From positions 1-36,531 of the forward strand of contig JWZX01002296.1 of assembly GCA_001275005.1 (NCBI GenBank): a stretch of 36,531 bases of DNA, in the 5' to 3' direction. Both the position numbers and the translations under genes were made by a program. Source of the stretch: Chrysochromulina tobinii. Taxonomy: Eukaryota. Positions 9,857 to 20,156 of the stretch are shown here, one piece after another. The notes under the pieces are model-generated. The model made no database searches and was not told the DNA's origin. It was given only the letters and a program-made list of their open reading frames with translations. Position 1 is the first letter of the stretch. Every line of letters begins with the position of its first letter.

Positions 9857-12758
9857 TCAGAAGGCGGTCACATCGCTTGAGGGCGCGGGTGCTGCTTCTT
9901 CTGCTTCCGGCATCACCATCGTGGACTTGCGCCCTCCTGGGAGCAAACTTGCCATTGAGCCCATCAGGGATTTCTTTCGCGTTCGCATGGCTGGATGTTT
10001 ACGTTCCAGGCGCGCCGTGGCGGCCTGCATTTGCTCTGCCGTCACGGGGTGGAAGGACTCGGGGATGAAGTTGGCGCGCTCTTCGACGGGCAGCGCCTCG
10101 ACTGGGTTCAACCTCTTAAGCCGATTGGCAGCGCTGCTGATCATGTCCTCGTACCGTGCGATTTCATTCTCAGCAAGTCCGCCGTAGTGCTTCAGATGCT
10201 CAATCAGTTCCCCACCATCGTTGAGTAGCTCGCGCGCCGCCCTGAACGTGCTGAGCGCGATGCACATTTTGGGCCACTGCACCTGGAGCTTGGCAAGGAC
10301 CTCTGTGGCGTCCTTGATATTCTGCATCACAATCTTCTTGAACTCGGCGTCAATTTGCTGGTCGAGCGAGAAGTAGTAGTGGCCATGCTCATGCGATTCG
10401 AGCACCCCATGGAATCCGATGAGGTAGGCGGTTGTCAGATCATATCCACGCCCATACTCCTGGAACAGTCTACCATTCGCCCAGCTGGCGAGAGGGCGCA
10501 GGACGAAAGACTTGTGCGCGATGGTTTCGCCGTAGTAGGCGAGCTTGAGAACGAACGGTCTGAAAGCCACCTCGCGCCGAAGCAGCTCGAATGGAAGCGG
10601 GTTGGCACTGTCCTGCTTGCGGTCCGCGACGGCGCAGTCCATCGAGTTCAGAATGAGCGACTTCAGCGAATTCGCCGCGCGCGGGGACGTTTGACCTTTC
10701 TCATACAAGTTCCAGATCGTCGCCTTGAGCGTCTCGAGCATGCGATACTTGGCCTCACGCACACGCTTGGCGCGCAGCCGAACCCTGAATTGCTCGAAAA
10801 GGTTCTCCCCTTCCTCACCCATGAAAGCATTCACGGCGGTGAGCTTCAAGTGGAGTTGGCGCCAGCGCAGGTGCGCCGCGTGGTCACTTCCTTCCTCCTT
10901 TTCCTTCCTCTCCCTTGGGGACTGCATGTCTGGGTCGGTGCGAACTGGGTACGCAGCGGTGGCGTGCGTCCCGTCATCGCCCTCTAAGCTGCCGGGAGTC
11001 CATGCGGCCTCGGGACGGAATTCGTATGGCTGGCCGATCACTTCGGCCCCCATCTGCTCAAAATCGGCGAGTTTCTGCACGCACACCCAGCAAGCATCGG
11101 AGAGGAGACCCGCCTGCGGACCCGCCAACATGGATTGCAATTTCTCGCGGGTCCGCTTTTTCAGCATGTTGGTTGTGATCTGCACCATGCTGAGGCGCGT
11201 GTCCGTGAGCTTAGTGAAGCCGATGACCTTGAGCATCCATCCGGAGCTGGGAGCGTTCACAAGGAGTGTAATGATGACGACCATCGCGACGTGCAGCAGC
11301 ACGATCTGCTGGAACCGGATGCCGGGCTGGCACGCGTCGCCGCTGTCGCCTGGGCCGAACAATCCCGCCACCTGGTTGACTGTCGAGTCGTTGAACACGG
11401 AAATGGCGAGCACTAGGCTGACTGCGCCCCGCAACCCGCCCCACGTGAGGACGAGTGCGTCCTTCCACGTGTATCCGTACTCGTTCTTACGGAACCAGGG
11501 GATCACACCGAACGCGAGGAGCGCACGGTAGACGGTCAGGCACACATACATGAGAAAGCCCCACCCGATGTCTTCTGCGAAGCCATTGCGAAGCGGGTCG
11601 ATGTTCACCACGATGATGAACCCGGAGATCACGAAAATGATGGTGTTGAAGAGGTGGCCCACCATCGACCAGAACTCATGCATGAAGTGCTCAATGCTCG
11701 GATCGATGCGAACCCTGCCATATGGCGACGCAAAGACCAGACCGTAGCAGACAGTGGAGAGGACGCCACTCATCTGGCCTGAGGGGCCGACGCCAGTCTC
11801 GGCGAGGTAGAAGACCAGAAACGGCATGGCGAGGGTGCAGATGATCTCCACGTTGGCGTCGCGATCGACACCGGAGTTCGACTCCAGCCAGCGCACCGAG
11901 ATCATGCCCAGGAAGGCGCCAAAGCACGGACCGATGAAGCTCATGCGCACCGCGACCCAAACAATCCACCAGCCGCCGGCATTGGGGACTTCGTGGGGGG
12001 GGGCCAGGCCATCGAGCCATGCGGCCAGGCCGCCTGCCTTCACGGCATACAAAAGGATTGCGTAGACGACGACAGCCGAACCATCATTCAAGAGTGACTC
12101 GGCCTCGATGAGCGTCGCCAAGCTCTTCTTGACGCCCATTTCGCGCAGCAGCGCCACGACTGCCACAGGATCGGTGGCAGAGAGGATGCCACCCAAGAGC
12201 ATCGCAGGCTCCCAGTCCCAGCCGTAGAAGCCCATGTACGTGAAGCCAGTCAGCACATTGCAAACGATCAGACCGGGGAACGCTAAGATGATGGAGTTGA
12301 TGGCGATCTTGCTAAAAATGTGCCAGTCCATTGCGAACGCACTTTCGAAGAGGAGAGGGGGGAGCAGCAGGTGGAGGAACAAGTGGGGGCTCATGCTTGC
12401 AATCTTACGGAGGGCGTTGCCCAAGTGAAACCCGTTATAGTGAAGGTCGTTGGGGACGAAGTCGGTGACGTTGCACTGCAGGACAAATCCTGTCCACTCG
12501 TGCTCGAATGCTTTCATTCCAGGCTGCAGCGTGAACGCTGGGTCAAACGTAACCCAGAAGCCAGTGAGGATGCCGAAGATCAAGAGCATGACCGTGTAAG
12601 GGAGCGTAATGCCGTACATCTTGCTAAAGTGCTGGATCATCCCGCCGCCAATGAGAATATAAGCCAGGCCCATCAAGACCAGTTGGTCGTTGTGTGGGTG
12701 TAAGGCATGCACTTGGGCTGCGGCGGCATAGCGATCACAGACATTGAGGCTCGCGCAC

Positions 12759-12795
<37 letters not shown>

Positions 12796-12826
12796 ACCCG
12801 GACCCGGACCCGGAACCGGATGTCAT
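9857..12826 (-). CDS. SOS1: CPA1-family Na+/H+ antiporter, SOS1/NHX7-like
   Basis: LPPLLFESAF, GGILSATDPVAVVALLRE, IEAESLLNDG, SGVL, WGGLRGAVSLVLA, plus a long helical cytosolic tail. First ATG 12826. Intronless ORF. Confidence 0.9.
12761..12820 (-). repeat. Hexamer repeat encoding (SG)10 at the antiporter N-terminus
   Basis: Ten gccgga/cccgga/accgga units on the + strand. Confidence 0.9.
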
Positions 12827-13065
12827 CGGCCTCGCGAAAGACGTGCAGGGAATTACAGAACGAGTAACGGTTTTTGGCGAAGGGTGCTGAGACGGCACGT
12901 CAAAAGGTTACCCTCTCGGCAAGACGCACGACCACAGGTCCCGCGGAGACACATCGTGGAGGGCGCAGACAAACACAAACACACCGGAGCAGACAGACAG
13001 AGGCCACAGGGGCGGGATTTCAAGGTACATGTAGGGAACAAGGTACATGTAGTGAAGGGAAGGCG

Positions 13066-13321
13066 GTGAGTCAATTTCGTCCGCGGTCCCCCCGCGCTCA
13101 CCACACCGTCACGTCAAAGGACGGCTCCGCACCCCTCGGCCAACACAAGTACTGAGTACTCGCTCGCTCGGGCTACTCATTTACGCTAGTGAGGTCGGTC
13201 TCTCCGACATCACGCTCAGGGTGATCCCCTGAGATCCCTAAGTTGGCAAGCGCCTTGGGATCCCTGGTGCTCGCACCTCGCTGCCCTATACTACCGGGCG
13301 GGAATGTGATAGGCAATCAGG
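13066..13321 (-). mobile_element. Dispersed structured repeat, copy 2 (putative SINE-like element)
   Basis: Colinear with 3001-3239. Contains consecutive hairpins at 13153-13179, 13189-13213, 13215-13233 and 13231-13264. Confidence 0.65.
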
Positions 13322-13872
13322 TGGGGGATTGGGGTAGGATTGGGGGGAGGGGGAGGTGGGGTACTGGGGTTAGGCTTTGTCAACCGTCATCATAACTCTG
13401 CCGTCGGTTCCCACGGTTGTCACTTGTCTTGCCGCAGCCTCTACGGTCCATGCGTGGGTAGCGCTTCTGTCAAGCATGGGTACATTGGGGTTCATGTCGT
13501 TTTCTATACGAGAAAAGGGTAGTTTATATACAAGATATCATTATATATCTCGTTCTAGATCATGTTGTATATTTCAATCACGCGTGCGAAACGCTACGAT
13601 TCGGTCATCTGTGCACAATGGGTCTGTGCACGGGACCACGCAATGGACCACGGTTGCTCTCGCCCACGGACGGGTCTATGAGTAAAACGCCCAGTGCGGA
13701 GCGGGATCGTAGCAGTTCGGGTACAGCTACCGTACAGGGGAATCATCGATCGACGTTCTCCGACGATCGCCGGCGCGCCCCTCGGACGGGCGCGACGGCC
13801 CGAGGACGTCGATGCCCGGCCCGCCCCCCCTCACCACACACAAGAAGTAGACTACCTAACATACGGCTCTTT

Positions 13873-14832
13873 TTATATAACGTCGCTTTCCGTCGCTTTC
13901 CCTGTGAGCAGCTCCATCGCGCTCGGCGGCGATTGCTCCAGGAGGCTTTGGGACAGGCGTGCCCGGGCGCTGAGAGCGTTCGACAGACTGCCCCACCTCG
14001 CCGCAAAGAAACGAGCGCCATCTGAGCCCGCCGAGGAGGCCGCCGCCGGGGCACTTGCCATGCTGGCTCCCAAGGGCTCGAGTCCCTGTGGGGGAATGGG
14101 CTCGAGTCTTTCGGACAGCTCGACAAGAACGAGCCCGCATGCACTCAGCCGCGCGAGGAAGCGGGTGAGCACCTCGTCGCGTTCGCGACCGGTGCTGGAG
14201 GAGGAGATGAGGGCGAGGCTGTGCGTGGTGGGCGCTAGGCATGCGATCAAAGCAGAGGTGAGCGACTCGTGCAGCGACTCCATCCAATCGAGCTCGGCGC
14301 ACAGCACGAGAGTGTACCCTCCGGAGCACGCCAGAGCCGCAAGCGCTGAACGATCGTCCCACGAGAAAGTGTGAATCGAAATCGTGTCACGCAGGGACGG
14401 GACGGCACTCACAGCCGCCGCCTCCTGATATGCAGCCAAATTTGTGCGTACCGCCGGCAGCACACAGGCCATGTCCGTGGCGACCACATGCCACCGACCC
14501 GTGAGAGCTAGTGCAACAGATGGCAGAGCCGAGCAGCCACAGCCAAGCTCGATAGCTCGAGATGCAGTACTCGTACCAGCGTGATCGGCGAGGACGCCCG
14601 AATGCTGCACGTGGGCGCGCAGGATCGCAAGACCAAGCGCGTAGCCCGCCGTCCAGACCAAGGCGCCCGTTCCCACTCCGGCAATGAGGCCGCCGCCGGG
14701 CTGCTGAATGTCGAGCGACAAGGGCCCTAGCTCACAATGGAAAGGCACAATGGCGTCCATGTCCGTGCTCATCCAGGAAGTTTCGCATATTTGCTGGCCA
14801 TCGCTGGAGCGGCACGACGGAGCGAGCATCAT
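13873..14832 (-). CDS. METTL21/Methyltransf_16-family protein methyltransferase
   Basis: GTGALVWTAGYALG, RAIELGCGCSALPS, VVATDM, FSWDD, LVLCAELDW. Start codon uncertain. Confidence 0.75.
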   Translation of the reverse strand: MMLAPSCRSSDGQQICETSWMSTDMDAIVPFHCELGPLSLDIQQPGGGLIAGVGTGALVWTAGYALGLAILRAHVQHSGVLADHAGTSTASRAIELGCGCSALPSVALALTGRWHVVATDMACVLPAVRTNLAAYQEAAAVSAVPSLRDTISIHTFSWDDRSALAALACSGGYTLVLCAELDWMESLHESLTSALIACLAPTTHSLALISSSSTGRERDEVLTRFLARLSACGLVLVELSERLEPIPPQGLEPLGASMASAPAAASSAGSDGARFFAARWGSLSNALSARARLSQSLLEQSPPSAMELLTGKATESDVI

Positions 14833-15005
14833 CACGAGCAAACATCACGAGCACACGACCAAGTCGTCTAGAAGCGCGAGTGCGGCTCTCGCGCTCTTTC
14901 GGCCGCTTTCAGGATTCCAGACGTTAGTTTTGTGTTTCGTCAAGTGTTTCGGTGCAACTCAAGGGGCGTTTAGTTGCATGACCACAAGAGCAACGCGAAC
15001 AGCTA

Positions 15006-16064
15006 TCACACACCTGGGCAGATGGCGACGCGGTGCCTCCACGTGGCTGGCGAGGGTGACGCGCGAATGGCTCGGTCCTCGGCGCTGTTCGCGACCGTGC
15101 TCAGGATATCATGCCAGCAAACCGAGGAAGGTGGAGCGCGGCAGAGCTCCATCGCGTCGTCCCAATATCCGCCGTTCAGCGGGACGAACACCGCGCTGCC
15201 GCTGCGTAACACCCCAGCAAAATAGGACTGGTAGCCGTGGCGCTCGAGCGCCGCGACGTTTCGCTTGAGATTAGGCCCGACCATCGCATCCGGGGTGGGC
15301 GGAGGGACGAACGCCTTGTCCTTTGCCGCGCGGAATGCGTCCGCACTGATCTTGTCGCCATATTCCCACAGGATGGAACGTATGCGTTGGGCTTGCAGCA
15401 AGCTCTGCGCGCCCGTGAGCAGCACATCCGCCTCAGTACCTTCCGTGTCCACCTTGACAAAGTCGATGGTCCTGTTGCAGCACAGCAATGGCGACGCACT
15501 CGCGATGAGATCGAGTGTGGTCGCGTTGACATGGCCGACTCGGCGATAGGCGCCCAACCCCTCCAACGCCGCGTTGGTCGTGTGTGTGTTCGGCGACGAC
15601 GCCATCGACCAGCGAGGCAGCCACCGCGGCCCGTGTACGCCCGAACCGTTGCGATTGCGCGTCCACGTGGGCTCGGCAAAGAAGGGCTTCAAGCCGGGTG
15701 TGCCTGCGAGAGCAAGCGGGAAGAGGTGCACACGGCCATGTGGTATCACACGACTCCGCGACACGATGCGCAAAAGGGCACGGTGGTCATTGATGTTGGG
15801 CTCGAACCCAAAATAGTGTACCGTTGAACCAAGCTGACGGAACGTGGCCTCCACGCCACTTGCATCCGCCAACGAGCCTCGATTGTAGGTGTATGCACCC
15901 GCGCCCACGTCCACAATGGTCGTGAGCGAGATGTTGTGTGCGGCAAGGTATGAGACTACCGCACGCTCCGTCGCATGCTCCGCCGAGAATGCATGAGCCC
16001 GCTGCCTGATCAGCAGGGCTGCGTTGCTCAATGCGGCCGCTCGCTCGCACGATGATTGGGACAT
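15006..16064 (-). CDS. FkbM-family (Methyltransf_21) methyltransferase
   Basis: IVDVGAG, FGFEPN, VNATTLD, IDFVKVDTEGTEADVL..GA..LL, ILWEYG. Confidence 0.85.
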   Translation of the reverse strand: MSQSSCERAAALSNAALLIRQRAHAFSAEHATERAVVSYLAAHNISLTTIVDVGAGAYTYNRGSLADASGVEATFRQLGSTVHYFGFEPNINDHRALLRIVSRSRVIPHGRVHLFPLALAGTPGLKPFFAEPTWTRNRNGSGVHGPRWLPRWSMASSPNTHTTNAALEGLGAYRRVGHVNATTLDLIASASPLLCCNRTIDFVKVDTEGTEADVLLTGAQSLLQAQRIRSILWEYGDKISADAFRAAKDKAFVPPPTPDAMVGPNLKRNVAALERHGYQSYFAGVLRSGSAVFVPLNGGYWDDAMELCRAPPSSVCWHDILSTVANSAEDRAIRASPSPATWRHRVAICPGV

Positions 16065-16210
16065 GGACTTTGTGGACGGAGTGCCGGGAAAGCCGAGTTT
16101 CGCGCCCCGTGCGCTGCACTGCTCGGCTCGATTCCAGAATTATTACTCGCGCATCTGTGTTTGCATCGCGTGTTTCGTCGCGCGGAGCGTCGTGCCGGTG
16201 CACATAGAAA

Positions 16211-17746
16211 ATGTCGTCTTTCGCGGTGCTCCTCGTCATCTGCACCGCGACGGCGCTACGGCAGTCACCATCCTGGCTCCCGCAACGAGCGCACGCATCA
16301 TCCCGCGTGCCCGTCGTGGCTTGCGGAGCAGACGCCTTGAATCGCTCGGAGGCGCGCGCCCGCAACAAGGCCCAGCGCGACATCTCGCAGGCCCTTGTGC
16401 AGCTCAAGCTGCCGAGCAACGTGGCCACCGTGTACAGCGAGGCCCTCGCCGCGATGGGCGTGCGCTCGGCAAGTGAGCTGGTCAGGCTTTCAAAGGCCCA
16501 AATGGACGCGGTCGAGATGCGCAGTGAGCATCGTCAGCTGCTCCAGATGCAGGCTGCGCTGGAGGCCGCCGAGCTGAATGCCGCCGCCGCCGCGTCGCCG
16601 AGCGTCGAGGCCGCGGTTGCTGCGCAGCCATCATCCGGCACGGCTGATTCCGACGGCGCCGCGCTCGACGCTCACGACGACGCTCTCATCGAGCCCGAGG
16701 AAGTGATAGTCGTGAGTGACGAGATGGACGGCACGCGGGTGGACGCGGCCCTCGCCGCGTCGCTGCCGCCGCTCTCGCGCTCGTACTTTTCGGAGCTGTG
16801 TGCGGAGGGGCGCGTGCGCGTGGACGGCGTCGTGTGCACCAAGAAGAGCGCCAAGCTCGTCGCGGGCTCGACGCTGCACGTGACCCTGCGCGCGGCTTCC
16901 GAGCTCATGGTGACGCCGGAGCCGCTGCCGCTCGACATCCTCTATGAGGATGAGTGCATGCTAGCGGTGAACAAGGCGAGCGGGATGGTGACACATCCGG
17001 CGCCTGGGCACTGGACGGGTACCTTTGCCAACGCGCTCGCTCATCGGGTCCAATCGAGCGCGCTCACGACGACGCTCACGCCCGGCACCACGCTGCCTGA
17101 CGCCTTTGGCGACGGTCTGCGGCCGGGGATCGTCCATCGACTGGACCGGTACACGAGCGGCGTGCTGCTTGGCGCGAAGACGGTCGAGGCGCAGCGCGCG
17201 CTGCTCGAGGCCTTTGCGGCGCGGCGCATGCGCAAAGTCTACCTGACGGTCGTCGCCGGCGTGCCTGACGAGCACCAGACAGTCCGCACGCGCATCGGGC
17301 GCCACCCGGTGGATCGGCTCAAGATGGCCGTCGAGTCGGACCCGAGCCGCGGGCGCCATGCCGTGAGCGTCGTCCATCGGCTCGCGACCGACGGCCGGCT
17401 CTCACTCGTCGCGGTGCGCATCGAGACCGGCCGTACCCATCAGATCCGTGTTCACATGGCCAGCCTCCGTTGCCCTGTGCTCGGTGATCCTCTCTACGGC
17501 GATCCGAACTGGAACCAGAAGGAGGCGCGCCGTGCTGGGCGCCCGCTCCTCCACGCGCTCCAGCTCGGGCTCGAGCACCCACTCACGCACGCGCCGCTCG
17601 TCGTGCGCGCGCCGCCTCCGGAGGATGTGCGCATTCTCGGCGCGGAGCTCGCGGGATGTGCGCCGGACGCGCAGAGCTTTGACGCATGGCTCGCGCCGCG
17701 GCTGCACGCGGTGCTCGAAGTCGATGCCGACACACCTGAAAGCTGA
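16211..17746 (+). CDS. rluD: RluD/RluA-family pseudouridine synthase with S4 domain, organelle-targeted, extra N-terminal SAM-like domain
   Basis: Signal peptide. S4 region GTRVDAALA...SRSYFSELCAEGRVRVDG. Catalytic motifs AVNKASGMVTHP, RPGIVHRLDRYTSG, ETGRTHQIRVH, GDPLYG. Confidence 0.92.
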   Translation: MSSFAVLLVICTATALRQSPSWLPQRAHASSRVPVVACGADALNRSEARARNKAQRDISQALVQLKLPSNVATVYSEALAAMGVRSASELVRLSKAQMDAVEMRSEHRQLLQMQAALEAAELNAAAAASPSVEAAVAAQPSSGTADSDGAALDAHDDALIEPEEVIVVSDEMDGTRVDAALAASLPPLSRSYFSELCAEGRVRVDGVVCTKKSAKLVAGSTLHVTLRAASELMVTPEPLPLDILYEDECMLAVNKASGMVTHPAPGHWTGTFANALAHRVQSSALTTTLTPGTTLPDAFGDGLRPGIVHRLDRYTSGVLLGAKTVEAQRALLEAFAARRMRKVYLTVVAGVPDEHQTVRTRIGRHPVDRLKMAVESDPSRGRHAVSVVHRLATDGRLSLVAVRIETGRTHQIRVHMASLRCPVLGDPLYGDPNWNQKEARRAGRPLLHALQLGLEHPLTHAPLVVRAPPPEDVRILGAELAGCAPDAQSFDAWLAPRLHAVLEVDADTPES

Positions 17747-18267
17747 AGATCCTGAATGTCCACCGCGTCTGAATCCTGCCGCAGCGACGTCACCACGTCT
17801 AACCGCTAACCGCCCGGCCCCTGGCGAGCTGGGGCGGGGTGCTCTTTCGCCGTTTCGCGTTAACCGTTTTACCTCTCCCCGGCTCGCCGGCGCAGATTCC
17901 GTAGTTCATCATATACGAAGCTTACGGTCGTCATCGTTTGAATGAAACGAAAAAATAGCATGCAGCGTATCGTACACTAGAGAGTCGCCCTCGCCCCTTG
18001 GTGCCCCCTTGGTCCCAGAGCTCAAGGATTCATCTGACATGATATCATGGAACGCCCCCGCCCCGCGGCTATGCCTCGTCCAGCTTGATCCCCGCACGAC
18101 AGATGCGTCGTCATCGTCCCGATCCACACGAGGATATCGTACTGCTCTCGCTTCGAGGCTGGCGAGACTCCCTTGACTCTTATTCTTTTCTCGCTGCATG
18201 TCTGTGCACGTGCGCGTGTGGGCCGCTCGCCCCTCCACACAACTGCCGCCGTACCGCGGTGCGGCGC

Positions 18268-19938
18268 TCAAAGGCCAGCGCCGCCGCCCAAGTTTCCGAC
18301 GATCGCGTCGATGGTCTCACTCTGCTCGGCGATTGCGATGCTGAGCCCCTCGGCGGCCTCGGCACCGATGATACTCTCAAGAGCGAGGCCGCCGAGGGCG
18401 ACCTCGCCGCCCACGACGATCGAGAAGAGGGCGAGGATGACGAGACCTCCGGCCGCGATGCCGAGGGGGTACTTGAGGTTGCTCAGCGAGAACTTGTTCT
18501 GGTACCCCGAGTACAGGAAGTTGAACTGCACCGCGAAGAAGAGTGGCAGGATCGGCTGGAGCAGCCGCGTCACGATGCCGGCGTAGTTGACATTCTCAAA
18601 GACCCACTTGCCGTCGTACAGGCCGATCTTGCAAGGGGTGTCGAAGCCACGGATGATGATGTCGCTCGCGAAGCGCGAGAGGCCCTGCACCGAAGCCGAG
18701 CGCGTGATGCGCCGGTTGCGGTAGCCCTGGAGGGCCTCGGTGAGCTCCGAGCGCTTCGCGGTCGTCGTGAGCACCTCGGAGATCACCACGGCATCCTCTA
18801 GAGCCTGGCAACCACCCTGACCCAAATTAGGCATCATCGCGTGGATCGCGTCGCCGAGAAGTGCCACGCGTCCATCCGTCCACGGCTTGATCACCGACGG
18901 CGGACGGTCGTACAGGTCACGCTGCTGGATCTCATCCTCCGTGGTCGCCTTCAGGATGTCGAGAATCTCCGGCGACCAGTTCGAGAACAGCCCCTGCAGG
19001 TACTTGGAGGAGCCATCCGGCTTCGGCTCGTTGGCCTCCGAGTCGGCCGGCCGCGCCAGGAAGGCGTACCACTGATAGTTGCCTCGCCCGATGTCGGTGA
19101 TGACAAAGTACTGCTCGGGCCCGATGTACACCTTGTAGCCGCACGCCTTGTCCGCAGCGACGCCATCGTAGGCGAGCTCGCCCGCGAACACCGTGTAGCC
19201 CGAGTACGTGACGCCGCTCTCTTTGCCGCGCGTGGGCGTGTCTGTCATCGAGGCACGCACGTTCGACCAGATGCCATCCGCACCGATGAGCACGTCGCCG
19301 TGGACTTCCTCGCCATTGCTGAGGGTAGCGACCACACGCCCGTCCGGCTCGGTGTGGTACTTTTCGACGCCCGCGTTGTTGCGTACGTTCTGCTGGCATC
19401 GGCGGAGCAGAATCTCCTGGAGGTCGGGCCGGTCGACGACGCACGTGTATGGCATGCCGCGGCTGTCAGCGGGGCTCTTGAGGTCGAACTTGGCGTACCA
19501 CTCGTCGCGCACGCCGTCCTTGATGCCGTTCGTCCGGTTGCCCGTCCACGTCGCGCGCGCCTCGATCTCCTTGTAGAGCTCCTCGTCGATGTCACGAATG
19601 GCCTGCATCGCGTTCGACGCGAGCTGGATCGGCCCGCCAAACTTTTTGAACTCGCCGGTGCGCTCCAGCACGGTGTAGCGCACTGGCGAGCCTCGCACCT
19701 TTGCGGAGAGCTCGAGGCAGTTGGCCAGGACGAGGCCGCCCACACCCGCACCTGCGATCAGCACATTCAGCGGCTCCTTCGAGGAGATCACGTCGCTCGT
19801 CTTCGTCGGCGCCTCGAGCTGCGCGACGCAGCGCGTGACCGCCGCGCGGGACGTGCCGGCGGTGGAAGCACCAAGCGTGGGCGCGAAGCCCGCACGCAGC
19901 GCGGCAATGGCTGGAAGGAGGATCACGACGCTCTGCAT
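18268..19938 (-). CDS. ZEP: Zeaxanthin/diatoxanthin epoxidase (FAD monooxygenase), algal type with C-terminal TM helix and no FHA domain
   Basis: Signal peptide with AGF motif. VLIAGAGVGGL, FGGPIQLASNA, IGADGIWS, QRDLYDRPP, LLGDAIHAMMPNLGQGGCQALED. Confidence 0.93.
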   Translation of the reverse strand: MQSVVILLPAIAALRAGFAPTLGASTAGTSRAAVTRCVAQLEAPTKTSDVISSKEPLNVLIAGAGVGGLVLANCLELSAKVRGSPVRYTVLERTGEFKKFGGPIQLASNAMQAIRDIDEELYKEIEARATWTGNRTNGIKDGVRDEWYAKFDLKSPADSRGMPYTCVVDRPDLQEILLRRCQQNVRNNAGVEKYHTEPDGRVVATLSNGEEVHGDVLIGADGIWSNVRASMTDTPTRGKESGVTYSGYTVFAGELAYDGVAADKACGYKVYIGPEQYFVITDIGRGNYQWYAFLARPADSEANEPKPDGSSKYLQGLFSNWSPEILDILKATTEDEIQQRDLYDRPPSVIKPWTDGRVALLGDAIHAMMPNLGQGGCQALEDAVVISEVLTTTAKRSELTEALQGYRNRRITRSASVQGLSRFASDIIIRGFDTPCKIGLYDGKWVFENVNYAGIVTRLLQPILPLFFAVQFNFLYSGYQNKFSLSNLKYPLGIAAGGLVILALFSIVVGGEVALGGLALESIIGAEAAEGLSIAIAEQSETIDAIVGNLGGGAGL

Positions 19939-20156
19939 GATTCTCTGGGTCCAGATTCCTTGAGAAGTTTTGTTCTCCCTTCGCTTTTAGAACGAAAAAG
20001 CACGAGATTGCATCTCCCCAATTGAGTCTGCAATCGTAAACGGGCCGCGAAACTTGCGATCGGGAGCTCGAAACGAGATCATCAATGTGGGATTTTCTTC
20101 ATGAAGTGTTGTGCGTTGAGCACGTCTGAAGAGAAAGAACGACCTTGAGTCTACCT

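Noticed and set aside
13021..13052. caaggtacatgtag x2 as a target-site duplication of the element
   Set aside because: Both copies lie on the same side of the element, so this is a simple local tandem duplication.
18841..20025. Long antisense or alternative-frame ORFs (also 31955-32983, 7381-8406, 1987-2958, 29600-30544)
   Set aside because: Shadow ORFs expected from high GC3 codon bias. They overlap well-supported genes and have no recognisable motifs.
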